Shown here in pieces: positions 29,565-39,121 of a stretch of DNA of 60,328 nt; position 1 is the first letter of the stretch; every line of letters starts with the position of its first letter. The notes under the pieces are model-generated. The model saw nothing but the letters and a program-made list of their open reading frames with translations, was not told the DNA's origin and searched no databases. The DNA is from an uncultured Nannocystaceae bacterium (GTDB lineage: Bacteria > Myxococcota_A > Bradymonadia > UBA7976 > UBA1532), in the NCBI GenBank assembly GCA_964384025.1, contig CAYLJJ010000029.1, positions 1 to 60,328 on the forward strand. Direction: 5' to 3'. The translations under genes were made by a program, and so were the position numbers.

Positions 29565-30335
29565 TCAATCCAAAAGCATCTCTTGCAAAATAGGCCGCAG
29601 CTGAGTGATCGCCTTTGAGCGGATCTGGCTGATGCGTGACTCGGTGACTCCGAGAATAGAGCCTATCTCCTTCAGATTTAGATCTTCGAAATAATAAAGG
29701 CTCAGAACTACCCGTTGACGTTCGGGGATTTTTTGAAGCGCTTTGAGCATGAGAGCGCGTCGATTGCTCTTCTGGCTGTGTAGCTCTGGATCCTTCGCAG
29801 AAACATCAGGAATGCAGTCCAGGAAGTTGCGACGCTCCTCTCTGGAGCCCCCTAAATCTTCTATGGAGATAAGGGAATGAGCCCGCGCCTTCTCTGCCAG
29901 TTTATGAAATTCGTTTAGGCTTAGGCCCATCTCCTGGGCCAGCTCATTCTGAGTCGCAGGACGACCTAAGCGAGCGGTGAGGTCTCGAGCCACGTTGTTG
30001 ATGTTGTTGCTCTTCTGCCGCACACTTCGAGGAACCCAGTCCAGAGAGCGCAGCTCATCGACCATCGCCCCTCGGATACGAATCTCTGCATAACTCTTAA
30101 AGTTGCGGCTTTTCTCTGGATCGTACTTCTCTGCTGCATCGATCAGACCCATAACTCCCGCGGATTTTAGATCATCTATCTCTACGTTGGCGGGGAGACG
30201 GGCGATCATCTTATAGGCGACTTTGTTGATCAGATAAGCGTATCTCTCAACCACCTGATTTCGCTTGAGGCTGTGTAGGGGCAAGGAGTCGATCTGAGGA
30301 GCGAGTTGGTTCATTTTTGAGTTCCAAAGTTCCAA
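29565..30335 (-). CDS. fliA: RNA polymerase sigma factor, FliA/WhiG (sigma-28) family
   Basis: 256 aa. Region 2 DLKSAGVMGLIDAAEKYDPEKSRNFKSYAEIRIRGAMVDELR. Region 4 HTH (LNLKEIGSILGVTESRISQIRSKA). Confidence 0.8.
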   Translation of the reverse strand: MELWNSKMNQLAPQIDSLPLHSLKRNQVVERYAYLINKVAYKMIARLPANVEIDDLKSAGVMGLIDAAEKYDPEKSRNFKSYAEIRIRGAMVDELRSLDWVPRSVRQKSNNINNVARDLTARLGRPATQNELAQEMGLSLNEFHKLAEKARAHSLISIEDLGGSREERRNFLDCIPDVSAKDPELHSQKSNRRALMLKALQKIPERQRVVLSLYYFEDLNLKEIGSILGVTESRISQIRSKAITQLRPILQEMLLD

Positions 30336-30518
30336 GGCTTGTGCGACGCCTAGAGTGTGCAGCTATCAGGCCAAGCTGAGAGCCTCGCTCTTGGTCTTTG
30401 GGGGGTCATTTATGACCACCCAGGCCTTTAGTTTTTCGAAGCCGCCTGTACGGGTCACTTTTTACCCAGAGGTTTAAATCTACCCGTTATGTTTTGGGGG
30501 ATCAAAGAAAGCTAGGAT

Positions 30519-32327
30519 CTAAGGAGAGCCCAGACAGTGGCTGAAGGAGATGGGCATCTCAATCTGGACCTGCTCCTCGCTGAGAGAGAGCCCTATCTCT
30601 GCGATAGGCTGCTCTGGGCCTTCTCTATCGCAGCTCCAAGATTCCCAGATACTCCCCGCTTCTAGATAGGCGATGATTCGAAAATCTCCTGGAGCTAAGA
30701 TCAAGCGCCTCTCCTCAGAGAGGGCACGATCATCACTCCAACCACCGCGCTCCTCTATATAGAAGCGTAGGGAGGGGGGTAAGATGTTGATCGCTTCTAG
30801 ATCAAATATTGGCAGAACTTCAGCTCGGGGTACTGAGCAGCTTGAACTTGGGAGCCTCCAAGCACCGATATCGCTCATCTCTCCCTCGACGATCTCCAAA
30901 AAAAAGAGCTCTGTACTGCTTCGATCTTTGAAAGCAGCGGTTTCACAACTCAGGAAACGACCATCTCGATCTGTGTCCAGATAGATGCGCGCCCAGTAAG
31001 CTCCAGGAGAGACCTCTCCGACCTGGGTAAAGGGGGTGTTCTCAGCCAACTCCCAGTGATTTTCAAAGAGGAGAAGGTTGCGCGCCTCCCCCTCCTCCTC
31101 AGGATAGAGTGCGATGCGAACGGGGCGACCACTACCCTCAGGGCCCAACTCTCGTTCAGCGAGGAGCTGGCCTTGGAGTCCGGTAAGGATCCCAGGACAG
31201 TTGCGGCTCTCCAGGTTCAGAATCCCAACATCGAGGAGTTCTCCAGGGAGCAGCTCCAGTTCTCTATAAAGATAGGCACGGTCTAGGCCTGCTTGGAGGC
31301 CATCACAGGGAGAGAAGCGCGCATCTCCATCTCGATCCAGCCAGAGGAGCAGAGACCAGCGTCCCTCCTGAAGTCCGGTCAAAGTGAAGCGACGAGGGAG
31401 ACGTTCGCCCAAAGCCAGGAGTTGTTCTGAGGCCTCCCCTTGAGATGAGAGGCTGATATAGAGCTGTCCCTCATCTCCAACTGGGGCTTGGATCTCGCCT
31501 TGAATCCCCGTGAAGGTCTCATCACAGTCAAGAAGCGGCTCCAACTTTAGAGGCTCTGGGAGGGCGCGTATAAGACCCGACCGGATCTCAAAGGAGCCAA
31601 GCGAAGCGAAGTAGCGATCAGCTCCTCCCAACTCTCCTCCGCAAGCGGAAGGCAGACCATCTCCATCCTCATCTAGGAAGAAGTTGAGTTGGTAGGCGCC
31701 GGGGAGCAGCTCAGTCAGCTCAAAGGGGACCACCCCCTGAATTCCTTGAGGAAAGAGTGGAATCAGGAAAGGCTGAAGATCGCTCTCCTCCTGAGGGGTC
31801 AAGCTGAGCAGCAGAGGCGCACTGGGAGCTTCCTCGGGGAGCTGAAGAACTCCAGAGAGCCCCGTCTCCAGATCTCCAGGACCACAGAGTCGGCGCTTGA
31901 GGAGCAGCTCAGCCTCTCCACCAGGACGTGGCTGTAACTTGAGCTGAGCGAAGAGGTTATCGAAGTTATCTGCTTGCTCCATATGGCTGGGTTCAGCGGG
32001 GAAAGGGCAGGCATCAAAGTGAGCATCGTCATCTCGATCTCGAAAGAGGGTCAAACGCAGCTCTATTTGGGGGAGTTGGAGCTGGATTTCTCGCTCTGAT
32101 TCCGCCAGCTCAAGGAGCTCCTGTCCACCCTCAGACTCGATCAATAGACGCAGGGGGAGCAGCTCAGCGCCGCTCTCATCTCTCCAACGCAGAGTGTAGG
32201 CAGCCACTGGCTGATCTTGAAGCTCGGGGAGACTCAACTCTCCAGGCCCTTCGAGATCTTCTCGGGGAGGAGCACAGCTCAGGAGCAAAAACAGGAGCGG
32301 AAACCCATATAGGGATTTTCTGAACAT
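30519..32327 (-). CDS. hypothetical lipoprotein (602 aa) with DxDGDG-type acidic motifs
   Basis: MFRKSLYGFPLLFLLLSCAPP lipobox. Repeated DRDGDARF / DTDRDGRF / DEDGDG motifs. No family recognised. Confidence 0.45.
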   Translation of the reverse strand: MFRKSLYGFPLLFLLLSCAPPREDLEGPGELSLPELQDQPVAAYTLRWRDESGAELLPLRLLIESEGGQELLELAESEREIQLQLPQIELRLTLFRDRDDDAHFDACPFPAEPSHMEQADNFDNLFAQLKLQPRPGGEAELLLKRRLCGPGDLETGLSGVLQLPEEAPSAPLLLSLTPQEESDLQPFLIPLFPQGIQGVVPFELTELLPGAYQLNFFLDEDGDGLPSACGGELGGADRYFASLGSFEIRSGLIRALPEPLKLEPLLDCDETFTGIQGEIQAPVGDEGQLYISLSSQGEASEQLLALGERLPRRFTLTGLQEGRWSLLLWLDRDGDARFSPCDGLQAGLDRAYLYRELELLPGELLDVGILNLESRNCPGILTGLQGQLLAERELGPEGSGRPVRIALYPEEEGEARNLLLFENHWELAENTPFTQVGEVSPGAYWARIYLDTDRDGRFLSCETAAFKDRSSTELFFLEIVEGEMSDIGAWRLPSSSCSVPRAEVLPIFDLEAINILPPSLRFYIEERGGWSDDRALSEERRLILAPGDFRIIAYLEAGSIWESWSCDREGPEQPIAEIGLSLSEEQVQIEMPISFSHCLGSP

Positions 32328-32479
32328 ATTTTAAAGTTAAGCATTCTCCAGGCCAAAAAGGCAAACCCAGCACAATCTAATGATTTGATTGAGAAACTCA
32401 GATTTCATCTTCTTCCCTCTGGAGCTGGGTACTGACATCATTGTCAGGGCAGCTCAAGTTGGGTTGCGAGGAGGGAGAG

Positions 32480-33466
32480 ATGTTTGATCTGAACGGCGCC
32501 ATCCTCGCAGCGGGTCTGGGGACTCGACTCCAGCCCTTGACTGAGCAGCACCCCAAGCCCTTATTGCCGATGGGAGGACGTCCTCTCCTGGAGCACAGCC
32601 TGGATCACTTGAAGGGCCTGAAAATCCAGAAGATTGGGATCAACCTCCACCACCTGGGAGCGCAGATTCCTCCCGCTTTGAGTGCTCGCGATGAGGATCT
32701 GAGCTTTCTCTATGAGGCTCAGCTCCAGGGCACTGGAGGGGGGATCCGAGAGATCGCCGCAGCGCTGCCAAAGAAGCCTCTGTTGGTCCTCAACGGGGAT
32801 ATCCTCTTTGACTTCCCCCTGGCCCCCCTCATCACTCAGCACAGAGCCTCTGGGGCTCTGGGCACATTGGCCCTATTGCGACTCCCTGAAGATTCTCCCT
32901 TCAACCGCGTTCGGGTCGATGTTCAGGGTCGGGTCCACCGCATTGCAGAGGTCCTGGGGCCGGAGCCGGAGCGAGGGATCTTAGGGGGCGCCTACACCGG
33001 CATCCAGATCTTGGAGCCTGAGCTGTTGGCGGCGATCCCTGAAGGCCCCTGTGACATCCTCAGGAGCGCTTGGCGTCAGAAGATGAACGAAGGCGCGGCC
33101 CTCTTTGGGGTCTTTGTAGAGGGCTTCTGGAGCGACGTTGGAACTCCTGATCGCTATCTTGAAGCGCATTTGGCGATCCTGAGGGGGGAGCTCTTGGTGT
33201 CACATCTACCTCCAGCAGATCACCTGGGTCGTCGCCTTCATCCGAACGCTTGGGTTCATCCTGAGGCGGAGATCGGGCCTCACTGTGTGATCTTGGAGGG
33301 AGCTCGCGTAGGTCCAGGGGCGCGGCTCTCAGAAAGCTTTATTGACAAGAGAGCCGAGGTACAGGCAGGAGCTCAACTCCAACGCTGTCTGCTCTGGTCA
33401 GGGAGCCAGCTCAAGGGGCGACACCAAGATCTTATTTCTGGGCCTGAATTCAGAGTTCAGCTTTGA
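32480..33466 (+). CDS. sugar-1-phosphate nucleotidyltransferase with C-terminal left-handed beta-helix (GlmU/GCD1-like)
   Basis: ORF 32441..33466. GGAGGGAGAG precedes the ATG at 32480 (MFDLNGAILAAGLGTRLQPLT ... KPLLPMGGRPLL). An NTP_transferase G-x-G-T-R motif is followed by hexapeptide-repeat-like C-terminal sequence. Confidence 0.7.
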   Translation: MFDLNGAILAAGLGTRLQPLTEQHPKPLLPMGGRPLLEHSLDHLKGLKIQKIGINLHHLGAQIPPALSARDEDLSFLYEAQLQGTGGGIREIAAALPKKPLLVLNGDILFDFPLAPLITQHRASGALGTLALLRLPEDSPFNRVRVDVQGRVHRIAEVLGPEPERGILGGAYTGIQILEPELLAAIPEGPCDILRSAWRQKMNEGAALFGVFVEGFWSDVGTPDRYLEAHLAILRGELLVSHLPPADHLGRRLHPNAWVHPEAEIGPHCVILEGARVGPGARLSESFIDKRAEVQAGAQLQRCLLWSGSQLKGRHQDLISGPEFRVQL

Positions 33467-33941
33467 GGAACTCCTAAAAAACGCTCGTTTCGTTCTCGAT
33501 CATTTTGAATGAAAATAGCATACCATTGCAATGAACCACTCTGGAATAAAGTCCAGAGTATGCTTTAGCAACTGAAATTCGTTACAAACAAGTCGATCAT
33601 CAACCTACGGATAATGTTAATGTCATTTTTATCGCATATTCGGCGGAATAGTTCTCTTATTTTGAATCAAACATTATCTGTTGAAACTTTGTCTCTATAC
33701 TTTATTATCCACACAAGATAGACCCTTAAATCATATATTGAATGCGAAGACTTACGATATGATCTCATCATTATGATTATATAAAAGTTTTGCGCTAAAA
33801 TGCAGACTTTTTACCCATGGTACGGAGAATCAATCTGACTGATCCAGCGCCCTGTCGGCTCAGATTTTCGAACAGACCCAAAAGATCTGCTACACTCCAC
33901 CACCGCCAAATCAACATCCCCAGAGAATATCGAGGGAGCCC

Positions 33942-35564
33942 ATGAACCCCAAACAGGTCCTAAAACTCGAACTCTCCTTTGAACAGGAGAGCGTCTTACC
34001 TGGAGTGGAGAGTGAGATCCATCTCGTGGCTCGTGTCGATCCTCTTCAAGGAGGGATCGAGGCGGAGCGCCCATCGATCTCTGTGGTCTTCGTACTGGAT
34101 GTCTCTGGTTCAATGACAGGCCCCCCCCTGGCCCATGTCATCGAGGCCAGCTGCTCGCTCATCGATCGCCTAGAAGAAGCAGATCAGGTCGCCGTAGTAG
34201 CTTTCGCTGACAACGCTACTGAGGTAGCTGGACTTGGTCCCATGACCAAGGTGAACAAGGCCCGCGTCAAGCGGCGACTGCGACGCCTGGAGGCGGGCGG
34301 CTGCACCTCCATCGAAGCGGGTATGAGGATCGCTAAACATCTCCTTCCAGAGCGCCATCTTCATGAGCGACAACTGATGATCCTGCTGAGCGACGGCCAA
34401 CCCAACCGAGGGATCAGCGATCCTCCCGGATTAGCGCGGCTCGCTGAAAGCTTCCGACCCGATATCGCCATCTCTACCCTGGGCTTTGGCCCCCACCACG
34501 ATGAAGATGTACTCAGCGCCATCTCCGACGCGGGCTCTGGAGTCTACTCCTATATCGCCAACCCCTTGGAGTGCAGTTTTGAGTTGGGCCGCGCCCTGGG
34601 CGCTCAGGGTGACATCGTCGCTGATGCCCTGGAGATTCTGCTTCGACCTGAAGAGGGGGTTGAGATCCTCCAGATCTTAAGCCATCAGCGCAGTCGATTT
34701 GGTGCTGAGGGCCTGCTCATCCCTCTCAGCGATGCTTTAGAGGGCCGCCCTCAGTTTCTGGTCGCCAAGTTGAGCCTCTCAGCTTCTCAACCTCCTGGAA
34801 GTTGGAGGGGGGTCTTAGAGGTTTGCCTGCGCTACCGCGTCGCTGGAATGAAGGAACAGATGAGCCTCAGAGAGAGGCTCTCTATTCCCATTGAGGAGGG
34901 AACGCCCAAGCGCAGAGAGGAGATCTGGGCTCGAGTGCTCCTCGCTCGGGGAGAGGAGGCGCGGAGGGAAGCTCGACTTATGGCAGATCGAGGGGCCTTT
35001 GAAGGCGCCGCTGCGGTTCTTCGAAAGATCATCAAAGAGATGGAGGCGACCCCAGGTTATGAAGAGGGGGATGGCTCTGATCTCTCTGAGGCCTTGGAGC
35101 AGCTCTTGGATGAGGTAATGGCCTATGAGCGCAAACCCAAGATAGAGGAGTACAAAACCTTTCGCCGTATGAGTATGGGTATGGATCTTCAAGCGGGAGG
35201 TACTCATGCCAGCGATTGGCGACCTCAGAGCAGCAAGTCGATAGCGATCCAAGATTTGATGTTAAACGCGCTTCCAGAGGCATATCTCCTGGGAAGGACA
35301 GGCTTCAACGCGGGCCAGCGTTATCCACTCAAAGGAGAGATCAGCCTGGGGCGAACCTCAGCCAATGACATTATGATTGGCTCTCCTCGGGTAAGCAGGC
35401 GTCATGCTCGTATCCTAGGGCGTGAGGGACGCTATATGATCAGCGATCTGGGCAGTACCAATCCCACCCTGATCAATGGACAGATTCTCCATCGACCTCA
35501 TCTACTTCGCTCAGGAGATGAGATCTGCTTAGGGGAGGAGATCTTCATCTATATCGAAGATTAA
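33942..35564 (+). CDS. VWA domain protein with C-terminal FHA domain
   Basis: 540 aa; GAGGGAG RBS. VFVLDVSGSMTG (MIDAS DxSxS) ... LLSDGQPN (vWA). C-terminal GRTSANDIMIGSPRVSRRHARI ... ISDLGSTNPTLINGQ (FHA signature G-R ... S ... H ... N-G). Confidence 0.75.
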   Translation: MNPKQVLKLELSFEQESVLPGVESEIHLVARVDPLQGGIEAERPSISVVFVLDVSGSMTGPPLAHVIEASCSLIDRLEEADQVAVVAFADNATEVAGLGPMTKVNKARVKRRLRRLEAGGCTSIEAGMRIAKHLLPERHLHERQLMILLSDGQPNRGISDPPGLARLAESFRPDIAISTLGFGPHHDEDVLSAISDAGSGVYSYIANPLECSFELGRALGAQGDIVADALEILLRPEEGVEILQILSHQRSRFGAEGLLIPLSDALEGRPQFLVAKLSLSASQPPGSWRGVLEVCLRYRVAGMKEQMSLRERLSIPIEEGTPKRREEIWARVLLARGEEARREARLMADRGAFEGAAAVLRKIIKEMEATPGYEEGDGSDLSEALEQLLDEVMAYERKPKIEEYKTFRRMSMGMDLQAGGTHASDWRPQSSKSIAIQDLMLNALPEAYLLGRTGFNAGQRYPLKGEISLGRTSANDIMIGSPRVSRRHARILGREGRYMISDLGSTNPTLINGQILHRPHLLRSGDEICLGEEIFIYIED

Positions 35565-35594
35565 ATTTTCATTTCAATATTTATTAATACATCC

Positions 35595-35852
35595 TCATAA
35601 AAACATCCGGCTGTACTTCCAACGAGAGAACCATTGGTGAGCGACAATTTTATCCACCCAAGCGGGTCCTTCCGGGAGTTCCTCCCATGAACAACCTGTA
35701 ATTAGAATGTAAAGGATTGTGTTGGCAGCATGCTTCGCCTCAAGATCTGAATATTCGGAAGAGTTTTTCTTAGACCTTGAAAGAATTGTTCCAAAAATGC
35801 TCCACTCAAGATCGTCAAGGTCTACAAAATCCTTTTTCATACTCTCTCCCAT
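35595..35852 (-). pseudogene. IS5/IS4-superfamily transposase N-terminal fragment (remnant)
   Basis: 85-aa ORF in low-GC DNA. LDDLEWSIFGTIL ... NTILYILITGCSWEELPEGPAWVDKIVAHQWFSRW matches the conserved N-terminal module of IS5-family transposases (LTDEQW..I..LLP ... NAILYVLRTGCQWRDLP ... TVYRRFRRW). A stop follows immediately; no DDE domain is present. Confidence 0.5.
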
Positions 35853-35974
35853 CTAAAAATATAGTAAATTTTATCATTTTTCAGCATAAAAATCAATCAA
35901 TTGACGTGCAAATTGAGTTATAAGGAATGTTTTTTGCCGCGCCTATAGTGCCTGCCCAGAGAACCTATAAGAAG

Positions 35975-36502
35975 TTACATTTCATACTCTCCAAAATCTT
36001 TGGGGTCCATCTCTTCGAGCATCTTAGCCATACGCTGACGCCCCTCTTCATCATCTGCGGAGAAGATGGGGGGCTGCTTCTGGGCTCGTTCTGGGAGAGG
36101 CTGAGCTACGGCCAGCAGCTCAGAGGCGACCCAGAGAGGAGCCCCAGTCCTAAGAGCCAGGGCGACAGCGTCTGAGGGGCGACAGTCGATGCGGCTGATG
36201 GTCTCATCCTGGGCTTGCAGATAGAGATCTGCAAAATAGGTCCCTCCCTTAAGGCCCCTCAGCTCCACTTTGAGGACTTGGGCTTTAAGGGCGTTGATGA
36301 TCATCTTGAGGAGATCATGGGTCAGGGGACGAGGGCTGCGCTTACGCTCTAGAGCGAGGGCGATGGCGTTGGCTTCAGGGGCGCCGATCCAGATGGGCAG
36401 CAGCAGGCGCCCACCCTCATCTTGAAGGAGGAGGATAGCGCGCTTCTTCTGATCCAGGGCCAAACCCCGGATCATAAAACGGAGATAGCGTCTCTTAGTC
36501 AT
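35975..36502 (-). CDS. bifunctional nuclease family protein (DUF151/BFN domain)
   Basis: 175 aa. ILLLQDEGGRLLLPIWIGAPEANAIALALE ... RPLTHDLLKMIINALKAQVLKVEL ... DCRPSDAVALALRTGAPLWV, typical DUF151 motifs. Confidence 0.65.
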   Translation of the reverse strand: MTKRRYLRFMIRGLALDQKKRAILLLQDEGGRLLLPIWIGAPEANAIALALERKRSPRPLTHDLLKMIINALKAQVLKVELRGLKGGTYFADLYLQAQDETISRIDCRPSDAVALALRTGAPLWVASELLAVAQPLPERAQKQPPIFSADDEEGRQRMAKMLEEMDPKDFGEYEM

Positions 36503-36514
36503 TTGATCCTTATT

Positions 36515-37705
36515 TTATCTCTTGAGGAGCGCCAGGGTCTCCATATGTCCGGTATGGGGGAAGAGATCAAAGGGTTTAAGGCGCGTCAAGCGCCAGCCCA
36601 GCTTGAAGAGGAGGCGCAGATCTCGGCTGAGGGTACTGGGCTCACAGGAGAGATAGAGCAGGCGACGCAGCCCCAGCTCATGAAGCGCGCGCAGCGCCTG
36701 AGCGGCGCCCCGTCGAGGAGGATCGAGGAGAGCTGCATCGAAGGGACCCTGAGGAAGCTTTCGTGCTTCTCCTTGAAGGACCAGTGCTTGTCCCGGTGCT
36801 CGTCGCTCCGCCTCTCTTTGGAGCGCTTTGACCGCCTCTGGTGCTCTCTCTATAGCGCTGAGGCGATGCCCCGCCTCTAAGAGAGGTAGGCTGAAGTTCC
36901 CAGAACCACAAAACAGCTCCAGGATATGTTCAGCATCTGAGAGGACCTCCAAGACCGCCTCCACCAAAGCCTGATTGCCCTCTTGATGAGCCTGCAAGAA
37001 GGCTGTAGCAGGGTGAGGGACTTGGGCAGCGCCCATGAGGTTCTGAGGGCTGCCCAGGCTCCCCCTGGAGTGGCTTAGACCATGAATACAGGGCTCCGCC
37101 ATCAACGCCCGGGCCTGTCGAGAAGAGAGCTGCGCTGAGAAGGCTAGGGTTCCTGAGGAGGCCCCAGGAGCGGCGCTCAGACGAACGCTCCCCTCTGGAA
37201 GAGAGGGAGCTGCTCTTAAAGCCCCTAAGAGAGCGTTCAGCTCGGGACGAAGGGCTGGGCAGTGGGGCAGATCGAGGATCTCAGAGGAGCCCGCCCGACG
37301 AAAACCCAGGCGCTCTCCGTCACAGTGGACTCTCGCGGTAGAGCGCCAAGCCTGCCCTTTAAAATGGGCGAAGGGCTCAAGAGGAATCTTGGAGGGCTCA
37401 ATCGGCTTCAGGGAACGGAGCAGATGTTGATGTAGGGCTTCACGCTGAGCTTCTGGAGGGATCGCCTGCCAGGGGCAGCCCCCGCATTGGGGAAAGTGGG
37501 CGCAGAAGGGAGCTGTTCGATCAGGGCTGGGCTTCAGCAGCTTGAGGAGCTGGGCGCGGTGATAGCGCTTATATGTTTGGCTGATCTGGAGACGAACCTG
37601 ATCTCCTGGCGCAGCACCTCGAAAGAGCGTAATGCGTCCATCTGGAGCATAGGCCAGGACCTCACCACCAAAGACTGGGCGCTTCACCTGGGCCTCAAAG
37701 ATCAT
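36515..37705 (-). CDS. rlmD: 23S rRNA (uracil-C5)-methyltransferase RlmD/RumA family (TRAM + Fe-S + SAM MTase)
   Basis: 396 aa. N-terminal TRAM (VLAYAPDGRITLFRGAAPGDQVRLQI). CAHFPQCGGCPWQ cluster cysteines. LELFCGSGNFSLPLL SAM motif. C-terminal PFDLFPHTGHMETL. Confidence 0.8.
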   Translation of the reverse strand: MIFEAQVKRPVFGGEVLAYAPDGRITLFRGAAPGDQVRLQISQTYKRYHRAQLLKLLKPSPDRTAPFCAHFPQCGGCPWQAIPPEAQREALHQHLLRSLKPIEPSKIPLEPFAHFKGQAWRSTARVHCDGERLGFRRAGSSEILDLPHCPALRPELNALLGALRAAPSLPEGSVRLSAAPGASSGTLAFSAQLSSRQARALMAEPCIHGLSHSRGSLGSPQNLMGAAQVPHPATAFLQAHQEGNQALVEAVLEVLSDAEHILELFCGSGNFSLPLLEAGHRLSAIERAPEAVKALQREAERRAPGQALVLQGEARKLPQGPFDAALLDPPRRGAAQALRALHELGLRRLLYLSCEPSTLSRDLRLLFKLGWRLTRLKPFDLFPHTGHMETLALLKR

Positions 37706-38295
37706 CGCAGAGGATTCCGCTCTGTGTTTCCAGGGAAGCTGGTGTAGAGGGGACCTCGACGAACCTCAAAATCAAACTCTCCACGCAGAACCCCAAGGAG
37801 ATGCTCGACTCGGCGACCATCCCGCACCTCAAGCCAGAGCAGCTCCCCTGTGATCTGATCGCCATCCTCCACTCCAAATCTCAAAAAGCGCAGCTCTCCT
37901 TGGAGTTGAAAGCTCTGGGTGGAGTCTCGACAGCGCTCAAAGAGGAGCAGGGAGGCTCTGATCTCACCTTGAGGCTTGATAGAGATGGAGCGCTCAAGAT
38001 TGCCTCGTAGGCGTCGTATATCTTGGATCTCCAGGAGCAAACCGTCCACCTCCCCAAAACGCCGCCCTCCCTTCTGGATGCGGATAAGGGCGTGTTCATC
38101 CTCCAACTCTAGGGAGAAGAAGTCTGGATCCAACCTAAAAGCAGAGCACTCTTCGACGGGCGTGTTGAGGTCGCACTGGTAACTGAGTTCCTCTCCATCT
38201 TCACAGCCTGGAATGTTGAGGCTGCCTTGGATCTGTCCACTGCCTGGAGGTTCCACACAGGAGAGCAGGAGTAAGCTGATGAGCGCTTGGCGCAT
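37702..38295 (-). CDS. hypothetical lipoprotein
   Basis: 197 aa. MRQALISLLLLSCVEPP lipobox. Overlaps the rlmD start by 4 bp. Confidence 0.4.
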   Translation of the reverse strand: MRQALISLLLLSCVEPPGSGQIQGSLNIPGCEDGEELSYQCDLNTPVEECSAFRLDPDFFSLELEDEHALIRIQKGGRRFGEVDGLLLEIQDIRRLRGNLERSISIKPQGEIRASLLLFERCRDSTQSFQLQGELRFLRFGVEDGDQITGELLWLEVRDGRRVEHLLGVLRGEFDFEVRRGPLYTSFPGNTERNPLR

Positions 38296-38349
38296 TGTCC
38301 CCTTTCATCTGCTCTCTCTGTGTCCCACAGAAGCGCTCGGATGAAAAGC

Positions 38350-39117
38350 CTACTCCTCTAAGAGACGGCAGCTCACCGGAACCCCCACTCCCAAGCCAAA
38401 GCGTTGAGCTGCAGAACCTCCTCGGACAGCCAGCTCTAGGGTACCCTCTGAGCCCAGGACCAGGACCGCGTGACCTGGCTGAGCGGCAGCATAATAGGGC
38501 GCAGGACCACGAAAGCGGAGGCTGCCCACCATCAGCTCTAAGGGCCCAGAGACAGGCAGGTTGGTGATCAGGTTACCGAAGCGATCCACCTCAATCACGT
38601 GTCCCCTCCAGAGCCCCTCCTCATACTCAGGCCGAAAGCGCCTAAGCTTGACCTTCAGCTCACAGGGGGGACCCAAATCGACCATATTGCCTCCAGCAGC
38701 GAGGAAGCCTGCGGCGGGAGCAAAGAGGTCGCGGCCATGAAAGGTCGCGCTGAGAGGCGGGGCCTTGATCAACTCGGGGTTGATCTGATGCACCTGAATC
38801 TCCCCCTCTAGGACCTCAAGGATATCGGTAAGGACCCCATTATCTGGCGCCACAAAGGTTTGCCCCGCAGCGCGAACAGCTACAGCGGCGCGATCTGAGC
38901 CCACCCCTGGATCGACGACGATGAGGTGCAGGCTGCCTTGGGGGAAATGAGGAACTGATCGCATTAAGACTCGAGAAGCCTTCTCTCGATCTCCTGGAGC
39001 GAGGTGGTGGGCCAGATCGATGAGCTGTGTCTGAGGGGCACGAGAGAGGATCACCCCCCTCATCGCCCCTACAAAGCCATCTTGATCACCAAAGTCAGTC
39101 AGTAGGGTGACGATCAT
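38350..39117 (-). CDS. SAM hydroxide adenosyltransferase family protein (DUF62; fluorinase/chlorinase-like fold)
   Basis: MIVTLLTDFGDQDGFVGAMRGVIL ... LIDLAHHLAPGD ... matches the conserved N-terminus of the DUF62/SalL/FlA family. The start is probably the internal ATG at 39117; the ORF track gives 39147. Confidence 0.65.
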   Translation of the reverse strand: MIVTLLTDFGDQDGFVGAMRGVILSRAPQTQLIDLAHHLAPGDREKASRVLMRSVPHFPQGSLHLIVVDPGVGSDRAAVAVRAAGQTFVAPDNGVLTDILEVLEGEIQVHQINPELIKAPPLSATFHGRDLFAPAAGFLAAGGNMVDLGPPCELKVKLRRFRPEYEEGLWRGHVIEVDRFGNLITNLPVSGPLELMVGSLRFRGPAPYYAAAQPGHAVLVLGSEGTLELAVRGGSAAQRFGLGVGVPVSCRLLEE

Positions 39118-39121
39118 CACA

